The position numbers and the translations under genes were made by a program. From Cirrosporium novae-zelandiae (Eukaryota): a DNA stretch of 64,000 bases. The notes under the pieces were generated by a model that was not told where the DNA came from, ran no database searches, and saw only the letters and a list, made by a program, of their open reading frames with translations. Where the stretch lies: the NCBI GenBank assembly GCA_026023565.1, contig JAPETS010000038.1, positions 1 through 64,000 on the forward strand, written 5' to 3'. Each line of letters begins with the position of its first letter. Position 1 is the first letter of the stretch. Shown here piece after piece: positions 53,931 through 64,000 of this stretch.

Positions 53931-56778
53931 ATTTGCGGGAGGTTGGGCATCTGAGACTTCGACATGACGAGCAGCTATATAGACCTACCTGATAACAAAT
54001 AAATAAGAGATATCTAATTCACGGTGACCGAAACATTGAAGCAAAGGTAAGGATGTGGGGGGTTGAGGAACGCCTCTGTGATGCTTAGATGCAGGTTTGG
54101 GTAACCAGCAACAAGAATTGAGGTCAAGGGGGGGCTGCATGACAACTATGAAAACTAGGTAAAAATGGCATGAATTGGAGTTGGCAACATTGGCAAGGTT
54201 GGCAACGATGTCAGGAATGGCAAAGATGGCAAAGGACGTATAATGTGTACAGCGTTAGGTTCATTGGTTTGGGAGGTTGGTGGAAGCTTTGTCGGAGTTT
54301 ATTTTGTATTGGTTCCTTGCCCCTCCTTCTGTGGCATCCACTACTACCTAGGTATTTTGCTTCAACCATTCGGAGACCGAAAACATATCTGAAGCTGACT
54401 ATTAACAGGTTAAGCTGAGCACTTATACCTTCGGGCTGAATCCTTGGCTAATGTCATAAATCCTCTATCCTGCACCTTTGTGGAGCTGAAGGTCACCAAG
54501 CTTGACCATGTGCACATGGAGTAGGAACAATTTTGCGAATCGCGATTTATTCACCAACAAGCTTGATTTCTAGAGCAATCGGAAAATACTTGTACAGCGT
54601 GAAGCTTAGAAACAAGTGTCAATGCAATCCTGAAAAACAATCCTGGTCTAGCAGGATTTTTATCTCCACTTATCGCCCCGTAAGCGTAACATGCGTTAGT
54701 CGGTACCGTTGCTCGTTGATCATAGGATCCTGAAATAGCTGACATGGCCAAGGTAATTCTTATATCCCACTCCCGATTGGTGTTCAAGGTCTGCCAAACG
54801 AAGTACTGTACAGAGAAAGAGGGAAAGCTTTACATCCTTAGCTAGTGTCTAGGCGTCGGCTCGAGTGGCTGAAGCTGTTCAACCCGTTGCAGCACAGATT
54901 CTACACTATTTCAGAATCTCATGGATATCGGTACTAAATTATGGTAAATATAGGACCTACCAATCGGAATACATCTAACCGTGAGTTACTTGAATATGAT
55001 AACAACTAAGGATGATGATAAAGGCATCGCAGAGAAAACAAGAGGCTTTCCAAACTCCAATTATACGCGAACGCGGGGATATGCCGTTAACTTCTACTAT
55101 AGATACCTAGGTACCTACCTTAATTTAACGACTAGATCTCCGCATAAACAAGCCGGGGCAATCAGTCAATAGTCTCGATCTCCAGGTATGCCGACGGTAT
55201 CTCTTCAAACTGGAATTTGGTGAACCTAGAAAACATTCCCGTCTGTTACCATTGCAACCAGGTCATGACTTGCACTTCAATATCATGCGAGTTTATCAAC
55301 TTGACGGATGGCTTTCTGAAAATTCTAAACTTGCTTTAGAATCCCTATTAGGATAACTAAGAAGTCTGCTCAAACTTGTTTATTAAAGCTTCTTCTAATG
55401 TGGAAGTCCGAAGAGCTGTTGATATATCATGCGACTTTCTTATAATGCATTGAAGGAGGGAGAATTTTACTTTCCTCCTCTACTTTAGCAGAAAGTATGT
55501 CAGTTCTACTACTTCCATAGTATTCACAGAGCCTTTTGAGCTTTGTGGCTGAATTGTGTTCAGATCACAGAAATCTACAAATTTTCGTATACGATAGCCG
55601 TAGATATATTTATTTAGATTGAAGGCGTGGAGATCCAAAGCGAGTGAATATAGGCGCTGTGCCATATTAGAAACGAGCTTTCCGAAGTACCGCTGTTATA
55701 AGTCTAATCCTGCGAGAATATCATCCAAATGATACAAGCAATTTACTATTATCAAAGAGTTTCCCTAGTACAGTACAGTACATTATAAAAAGAGCCAACA
55801 TCTACAAAACAAAATTACTACTAAACCCTTAAGTTAAAAAAGATCCAAAGTAAGAAGAGCAAGAGGAGGAGAAGTAAGATAAAGGATTATCTAGATTATT
55901 GCCACTTAATTTAATAAAAGTATACCCCCCCAGCTCCCACAAAACTAACCTTCACACATCCGCCATCATCTGTGGCGTTCACTATTTATCCCTTCCATCT
56001 GCCGTGGCGCAAACCACCACCACTACCAAGAGAAGAACAACTGACACCAGTATGATCAATCACTAATTAGCGCTCTTCATCTCAAAAAGAAAAGAAAAGA
56101 AAGAAAAAAGTATATCCCCACCATCTTGGTTCCCTTCTCCTTCCCCCCTCCCACCCATCCCATCCTATCCAGTCCAGCATAAACAATAACAACAACAACA
56201 ACGACAATGACAATAATTAAACCCTCCCCCCAAACTCAGAATCAAAATTTCCCTAGGAATAATAATAAAATCAAATAAATCAAATATGATTTCTTCAAGC
56301 CCGAGGCGTACGATCAAGAAAGAAAAAAAAAAGCGGGGGGAGGTTAATTAATACTTGGATGTGTGGGTGTGTATATGATAAAATCTCTCACAGGTCACAG
56401 GTGGAAGGAAGGAAGGAAAGAAGTTCTGTGTGTGCAAGTTGTATAGATGGATAGATAGATAGATATTATATTCTCGCATACGATAAGATACGTCCGTCTC
56501 TTTTTTTTTTTTAAACATGAGGATAAGAAAACTAGTTTTTGATGATGGACTATACGTAATGAATGAGATGATCTCATGTAATGGATTTATCTTTTTTTTT
56601 TTTTTCGATGGCTATCTCACCTTGAGCTAATTAAATGCAATTTGCTTTCAGACAATAATTCCACCACATATACCAAAAAACATTATGTCACGCTTGACGG
56701 GACGGCACTTGTAATACAATAATATGACTAAAATGAATAGTTAAGGTAAATGGCTTGAAGAAGCAATTTCAAGAAGGC

Positions 56779-57071
56779 TTGCAGTGAGTTATTGCAAGCT
56801 CGAAGAACTTCTAGCCGGCCGATATAGCTTTCCTAACCGAGTAACCATCGACACAAGCTGCGAAACTGTTATTTCAATGGCGAGTCTATTATTCGGTGAA
56901 GCTTTCTCACATAGTGCATCTAAAGTGTTCCCTTTCATCATGTAGGTGGGCCCTTTTTGATGGGTTTTCTTAGGAAATAACAGTTACATAGCCTGTCTCG
57001 GTGGCACATAGGAGCTGGAAAGCTATATCGGCTGGTTGGAGCTTTCATGGCCTGCAATAGCACTCTAGCAA
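56779..57071. repeat. Long imperfect inverted repeat (~97-bp arms, ~98-bp spacer)
   Basis: Perfect pairings: 56818-56833 with 57017-57032 (16 bp), 56864-56875 with 56974-56985 (12 bp) and 56790-56796 with 57053-57059. The sequence between them aligns collinearly. Confidence 0.88.
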
Positions 57072-57093
57072 AGTTAATGACGACATTACAAGG

Positions 57094-59128
57094 CTAATCT
57101 GCTCGGGATAGTTCCACGAACAAGTTATCCTTACTTCTGCCGACACAAATTAGGACCTTTCTACTACTTCCCTCCAGTAATGGAAAAGTCACGTCTTTTC
57201 CAACAGGCAAATCTCGATAGTCAACAATAGTATGATGGGCACTATCAGTCTTCATATTAGCTTGAGCTTCTTGATCAATTTGACGAATATGAACCGAAGT
57301 CTTCGAGGAACCTTTGTCCATTAACGGAGAAGGGCCTAAGGCATCCATTAGCTAACAATGCAACAACTCTTGCTGCTCTCAAAAGGAGCAAAAACCTTCA
57401 TGTTCAATATCCAAGTTTACAGTTTCTGAGTGCACCCTTCGAGACCTGTTTGGGGATATTTGCATGTGTAAATCAGGAATAGTGTTCGGGTGCAGTACCA
57501 GAGTGCTGGACGAGGTCGCCTCAGAATGGCCATTAAGTTGATTTGTATCATGATTGATGGATGCGTTTCTACCCATTGAAACCTCCTTCACTTTATCATT
57601 CGGCCCGCTCTGATCAAATTCTGGGGGTTTGGGAGTTTTACGACCCATCACGTGAACTGATGAACTTCGAAGGCTTTGTCTAGAATTTCTGGGAACAAGG
57701 TATAAATTTCCTTGGTTTGGCCCTCGAATTATATCATCGTTGACAATTGGCAAGTGCTCTTGGAGAGCCGCCAAGTCTGGAAGATCCTCTGGTACGCCGC
57801 ATCTCAAAGACTCCATCGAAGGGTCGACCACAAAACTCTCCATTCCAATATTACGCGGTACTTGAGGATCAAGTTCGACTAAAAGCAGATTCTGTAGCAT
57901 GCCCAATATCGACCCTAACGTATTTTTGAATCGCATTCGTGTGGCATTGCTATACGCTTCGAGATCGGGAATGGCCCATTGATGATACAACTTTCCATGA
58001 GTTGCAGATACGTAATACTGCTTATGGGCTGTAATGAATGCGTCACAAAGAAAGCAGGAAGCTTTATTGCAGCCGATGATTCTGGGGCGAGGATAGGAGG
58101 GGTGAAGTTCCATATAAGTAACTAACTGAATTTCAGCATGGACATGTCGTTTCTCGCCACTCAGTTTACAGGAGGTATAAGCGGCCATGGGAATGAATGA
58201 GAATTTTTTGAATCTAGACGTATTCTCAGCGGCAAAACTGCCGAACTCAATACATACTCGCCTATACCTGGCAAGCTTGTCAAGCTTGCGGACCGACTTT
58301 CTCACTTGGTCACTTGAATCATCTAGAATTTCGGAGAGAGAAGATTCCAAGGTTCTCCGACTAAGCATGATTGATATTTCATAGGCTTGATTTATGATCA
58401 TCGAAATAATCTCTATCTTGCGTTTATCTGATTCATCCCGAGAAAGCAATTGCGCCCGATGCATATCGTAGTTATCACTCAACTCCTGGGTACGTGTTTT
58501 AAGATTTTCGAAATAATCGGGGTTCTGAGAGTGGATGGAATCAATGGCATTTCGAAATTTGTCGATTAGGGGAGTTGTAGACGGAGGGTGTAGCCTTGTG
58601 AGTATTCGTTTCTGATGCGAAGTCACGACTTGCGTGAACATTATTTTAGTACAGGCCTCACGATCTGACGCTGTAACTGATTAGACGGGAATTATGTTGG
58701 CCAGAGTAGAAGTTACGTTTAGCCGCTATCATCTCAAATTGTCTCAGTATGGATTCTAGAAGTTCTCGAACGGGCTCTTTGATACCATCATTGGTAGCTG
58801 CCCTGATCCTGAGAGCTTTCGCTTTTACATCTTCTTCAATTATAGTCGCAGTTATATATTTGCCGTTCTGGAAGATGTGTCCTGCTCCCGGAGAAGAAAT
58901 GAAAGCCAGGTCGTCGGCTAGGAATCTTTCATCGTGGAATTGTAGAGATCGAGACCCATTGTGATTACCTCTTCGTTTCCAATCAGAATGGGTGTAAGTC
59001 GCTTCTCCTCTGAGCTGATCCTTATATTTTGCTTTGGTCTTTTGGATTTTATCATAGAACTGTTCTTGTCCAAGTTCTGCAAATATCGAATTCTGTTGGG
59101 TCGCAGTCAAGGTGGGAAGTTTGTCCAT
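57094..59128 (-). CDS. OTT_1508-like nucleic acid/nucleotide deaminase, paralogue B, 3 exons
   Basis: RHVHAEIQLV...RIIGCNKASCFLCDAFI...THGKLYHQWAIP. Introns 58671-58716 and 57336-57395 join ORFs 58658, 57379 and 57094 in frame. Confidence 0.85.
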
Positions 59129-59518
59129 AATTGAGAATTTGTTTTAAACGGCTGCACTTGGGCATTACTATTAACGTGAAGAAAGTGTGACGGAGGGGAC
59201 CACAAGAAAGAAGGGTGGAGTGGAGAAAACATCATCATGTAATTCATTGGTTACACATGCATGTACCATGTACTCGTAAATATGTATTTTGGAGGTGATA
59301 TCTCAAGAAACGACATGAATTACTGCAAGGTTGAGCAAACAAAGCAAATTTGCAATTAAGCCGGAGATGACTTCCGCTATGCGGCCCGTTATAGAATGTA
59401 ATAAGACCAAGAATTGCGTGCGTTAAATCACCCCACATCAACTTCCACTTTAATTTTTATTGACAAATCCCTCTCTAAAATGGAAATAATATTTCAAAAA
59501 CACTGAAATACTGACAAA

Positions 59519-60927
59519 ATGCCACAAAATATCAAGGTTGCGGTCTCACAATCTCGTACACTTTCCACCACTTCTGCAACTCTCCGTTCCCTCGAGGCTA
59601 CTACACGGAAAGCTGCCTCAGAGGGTGTCCATTTGATTCTTTTCCCTGAAGCCTACCTCGGTGGATACCCGCGTACTTGCACCTTTGGTTCTTCAGTAGG
59701 TGCCCGTGCCTCAGAAGGTCGAGAGCAATTCCTCCATTATCTTCATGACGCCGTGGACCTAGGTGACACACCAGCTGGTGCTGGTGATGACTGGGTGAAT
59801 AGAAAATTACCGATTGCCAAAGGAAAAGAATATAGAGGAGATGGCACGCGTGAGGAGCTTGAAAGAATAGCCAAGGAGACCGGTGTGTTTGTGGTGACGG
59901 GACTTGTAGAGCGTTGTGCTGGAAGTCTATACTGTGGTGCAGTTTATGTGTGTCCTAGGTTTGGAATTTTGGGTAAGAGAAGGAAGGTTATGCCTGTAAG
60001 TTCTTTCAATCGGTCATATCTTGACTGTTGTTAATGCTATACCAGACTGGTAGCGAGAGAATCGTATGGGCACAAGGATCGCCATCGACATTGAAGGCAA
60101 TCAGTACCGAAATCCAAGGTGTGAAGATAACACTCGCAGCAGCTATTTGCTGGGAAAACTACATGCCACTTTTAAGATTCAGCTTATATTCTCAAAATAT
60201 CAATCTTTATCTTGCGCCTACAGCGGATGCACGAGAAGCTTGGCTTCCACTGATGCAAACAATTGCATGTGAGAGCAGGGCTTATGTGTTAAGTGCTAAT
60301 CAATGTGTGAGAAGAAAACACTTGCCAACCTGGATCACAGGAGAGGCATCCAAGAAAAGTGACGAGCCTGGAGAGAGTGATTACGTTGTTAAAGGAGCCA
60401 AGCTACGTCGGACCTCCACTGTCACAATCCCCGAAGGTGGTCATGAAATTGTACTACAATCTCCAACACTAGACTCATCAAATCCATTTTTCGATGACTC
60501 TAATGCCTCACAGGGCCTAGCTTCTACTATTTCTGATGGAAGTGTCATTGAAAATCAGGACCATCCACCACCACTATCAAAAACAGGACGGAGAACATCT
60601 ATAATAACAAAGACTGAGGATAGCCATGAAATACTATGGCCCTGCTCAAAGACCACATCGAGTGCCGAACCAACGGAAAAAACGACTACGTCTGACCAGG
60701 CAGCGGACAACTTCGTCTGCCGTGGCGGTAGCTGCATAATTGGGCCATTAGGTCAAGTTTTAGCCGGTCCATTATGGGAAGTGGATGAAGGCGGTCTTCT
60801 CATTGCAAATATTGATTTCGAAGATTGCGAGAAGGGTAAAATGGACCTTGACGTTTCTGGTAGCTATTCCAGAAATGATGCATTCAAGCTTACTGTCACT
60901 GGCTTGGATCTCAATCCCCCGCCCTAG
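59519..60927 (+). CDS. Nitrilase (carbon-nitrogen hydrolase, Nit1-like), 2 exons
   Basis: Catalytic triad motifs [21 protein letters not shown] and ICWENYMP, plus C-terminal [10 protein letters not shown]. Intron ~59996-60045. Confidence 0.92.
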
Positions 60928-61871
60928 AAAATGTTGCCCCAGCAGACAGGTAGAGGACGGCGAATACGATTTGACTGCTATATTTGTCAACATGCCACTG
61001 TCGAATACAGACAGAGCTATCTAGGAAACGTGCATAGTAAAGAATACAAAGGTTATTAGTTCAAATCATGGGTTTCTACTCTCCTATCATGATTGAGCCC
61101 CTCATGTTTCATTGGCATGCAAGCCACATGTATCGTTTGATGCTGATGAAGCGCCTTAGGTCATCAAACTTTGCGAGGGATAGCTTTCAGCACCCCCACT
61201 TCCGCTAAGTATTTTTTGAACGATTCTGCATTTGGTGTTACAGATATGCCTAATCAATCCTAACAAGGAATTGGCAGTCGTTATTATCTAACTACTGGTA
61301 TTTGTTGCTCTGTTATAATTAGTGTGCCTTTCATTATTTGGCGAAAAAAGAGCATAGACTGCATGTGTTACAACTGATGGGAATTGAATTCACTAGAGCC
61401 ATGGTTTGTATCTCGGCGTTTTCTATTCGACGTCAAATTTCAGTAATCTGAGATCCCACATGAATTACCCCACATTGACTTGGAGCCAGAAGACCAAAGT
61501 ACCAGTTTTACCATCAACGTGCGTTAGAAGAAATGCGTGAAAGTACACGCAATAAATCCAATTGAGTTGCAGAATTTTCGAATACCGATTTTTGCTCAGA
61601 CTTTAGCCTTAAGAATGTCGTCACTATGAGTTTAACCCAGATTTTTACGTAGCATGTGGTGATTGTCTTATGTCTACTCGACTATTGTGGTAGCATGCAG
61701 ACTATCTCAGTCATTCTAGCTTCTAGCATTTGATAGGTTTCAAGTACATTACTCATAAATGGTCATTTCCTAAAGAGGGGAGTTTCACTCGCAATGGCAT
61801 CGTTGCTGGAAGCTTTTTATTTTCATACAATTTCATCCACTCTGTATTAAACCCCTACTATCATTGTCGAC

Positions 61872-63750
61872 ATGGGTGTTGCAGAAAATCCCTTCTTTGC
61901 TGAGGAGCTCGACGGTTGGCATGGCTATGTTGAATGGGAAAAATATCCAGAAAAGAGGAAGCAAGCAGAAAAAATATTGAAGCAGAACAAGTTTCCTCCT
62001 GTGTGCAACTTTAATATGTATGCAGGAACAGCAATCTGAATGTTTCTTAGGAACCCGAATTCCAATTTGTTCCCTTGCCTGATACAAACCCGATCCTTGA
62101 AGGCACGCGGTGGAAGCAATACCACGAAGTTCTTGGACCAACATTGAAAAATGTGCCTCAAGAGAGCTGGGACTATGTCCTGAAGGAAAAGGCCCCAGAC
62201 ATGACCCATGTGTTGCAATTTCCATACAACGGAGAACCACCAAAGGCATGAATCAAGCCAACCCTATCATCATATATACCTTTTCTCACAAGACTGCTAG
62301 AAACGCCTGGTGGGCAACGCCATAACCTCCAACCAAGACTTTTTTGTTCGCAACCATGGCGGAATTCCGACAATTGACGAAGACAAATATTTTGTAGAGA
62401 TTGGTGGTCTCGTCAATGAGCCGAAGAAGCTGACAATGGCCAATCTCAAGAACGAAACGCTCTTCCCACGCCAAAGCAACATTGTTAGTCTTCAATGTTC
62501 AGGAACGCGAAGGATTGAGCAGATTCATGAGTACCCTGGAGATGGAGATGAACTTATTAATGCCCCCGTATGCTTCAAGCCTCATCTTATCTACAAATAA
62601 TAGTTCTGACAATATCAGTGGGGAGAGGGTGCAATTGGTACAGCTAGGTGGACCGGCGTTAGCCTAAAGAGAGTGATCAAGTACTGCGGCGGGTTAAAAG
62701 ACGGCGCAAAGCACCTAGAGTTCGTCTCCGCAGACACCTACTTCAAGAAGGGGAAGATATACAATTACGCTGTCTCGGTTCCTTGGCGGAAGGTGAAAGC
62801 AAACGAGGTACTTTTAGCTTGGGAAATGAATGGCAAGCCATTGCCTCATATCCACGGCTTTCCTCTTAGGACTGTTGTGTTTGGCTACATCGGAGCTCGG
62901 TAAGCAATCTATCACAAAGAAGATCCCCCAGGAATACCATCTATCTAATATCAATGTTCTCAGGAGTGCGAAATGGCTTACCAGAATCAACGCCCTCCCT
63001 AAACCGAGTAAAGGCCCCGTCCAAATGAAGGAATATCTCTACTACACCCCACAAATCGGAAAACAAAACTCGGCATACAGTAACGGCCTCTCCATCCAAG
63101 ACATGCCAGTATCCTCTGCAATCATGACACCAAGCGATAAATCCCAAATCGTCCATGACGGCAAAATCCACCTAACAGGCTGGGCCTACAGCGGCGGAGG
63201 CCATTTTCCCACGCGGGTCGGTAAGGCAACCCCTATCCCCTCGCCATAAATCCTCTGAATTTCTAACACTATCCCATAATAATAACAGAAGTAAGCGGCG
63301 ACGGAGGTAATATCTGGTACGAGGTCCCCTACCACAACCTTAGCCAAAAATACTTCCACGCCTGGAGAACTTGGCATATGGACCTCCCCGTCGACGCCGA
63401 AGGCTGGCTCGAACTCGTCGTCCGCTGTTGGGACGACGCCCTCAACACCCAGCCAACCTACGTGCGAAGCGCTTGGAACTGGGACCTGCATGTTACGAGT
63501 AGCTGTCATCGAATCAAAGTCTATTCGATTAATCAGACTAAACCGGCAACGGGACAAAGGCTGGCGGAGTTAGCTAGAAGGGGGTTGTCCATTATGCCTA
63601 TTACGAAACCATTGCCATATGATTTGGAGTCTGAAGAGGGTAAGTTTTAATTTTTAGAGAGGGTAGGGGAGGTCATTTATTAATGCTGATTTTGTGATAG
63701 CTTATGACGCGGAAATGGAAAGGAGAGGGGGGCGGGACCCTGAAGAATAG
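61872..63750 (+). CDS. Sulfite oxidase-family molybdoprotein (no cytochrome b5 domain seen), multi-exon
   Basis: FFVRNHGGIP, LQCSGTRR (Mo-ligand Cys), WGEGAIGTARWTG, HGFPLRTVVFGYIGAR|SAKWL, GWAYSGGG and WNWDLH. Ends ...GGRDPEE* at 63750. Confidence 0.9.
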
Positions 63751-63785
63751 GTACTTTAAAATTCCTTGTAATCACATTCTCTAAC

Positions 63786-63904
63786 ACATACGACCATAGG
63801 CTCAAGAGAACTGGGCATCCCATCCGCTCTGCCAGACATAAACTTGAGACCGGTTGGTTAGTAGTTGGGTCGGTGACGACCAGCGAATACCAACTGTTGT
63901 ATGT
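63786..63904 (+). rRNA. Dispersed 5S rRNA gene (variant type)
   Basis: ACATACGACCATAGG...GTTAGTAGTTGGGTCGGTGACGACCAGCGAATACCAACTGTTGTATGT is 119 nt with complementary ends. A long poly-T Pol III terminator follows, and an AT-rich TTTAAA sits ~30 nt upstream. Confidence 0.95.
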
Positions 63905-64000
63905 TTTTTTTTTTTTGGTTCCTTTCAAGTATGTATATGTATGGGAGATATGCGAAGTAGACTCGCAAAACGATTTTCCTTGTATAGGAGTATGTGCAAA

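Noticed and set aside
53931..56770. Hidden zao-like C2H2 zinc-finger gene with a premature stop between the deaminases
   Set aside because: I found no CxxC...HxxxH pattern or consistent exon chain; there are only short ORFs and AT-rich simple repeats. A tBLASTn search would settle it.
57349..57381. In-frame stops separating two ORFs of deaminase B (possible editable premature stop or pseudogene)
   Set aside because: Both stops (TGA and TAG) fall inside a 60-nt intron with a GCTAAT branch site and TAG acceptor. The GTTTTT donor is weak, but splicing is the simpler explanation.

Overview
This window is eukaryotic DNA from a filamentous ascomycete (Pezizomycotina-type), judged by short GT-AG introns with CTRAY branch sites, a dispersed 5S rRNA gene and microsatellite-rich intergenic DNA. 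I can support about 21 protein genes. Left part: TCTP, SUR2 sphinganine hydroxylase, ARL3/ARFRP1 GTPase, an unknown membrane protein, a BNI4-like PP1-targeting protein, a PY-motif single-pass membrane protein, ATG27, a sulfotransferase-like P-loop protein, a 3-exon con-6 gene missing from the ORF track, an NAD(P)-binding protein and a GH12 glucanase. Right part: two orphan genes, a carotenoid oxygenase, a TFIIS-N-like/SRA-YDG protein, an MFS transporter, a thaumatin, two tandem OTT_1508-like deaminase paralogues, a nitrilase, a sulfite oxidase-family gene and a variant 5S rRNA. The most notable locus is 51.6-59.1 kb. Both zinc deaminase paralogues carry a shared, unassigned C-terminal domain. 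A ~290-nt imperfect hairpin starts 22 nt after the stop codon of one of them, and the zinc-finger neighbour known from the Neurospora old/zao RNA-editing system is not visible. All family calls come from motifs read by eye; no searches were run.
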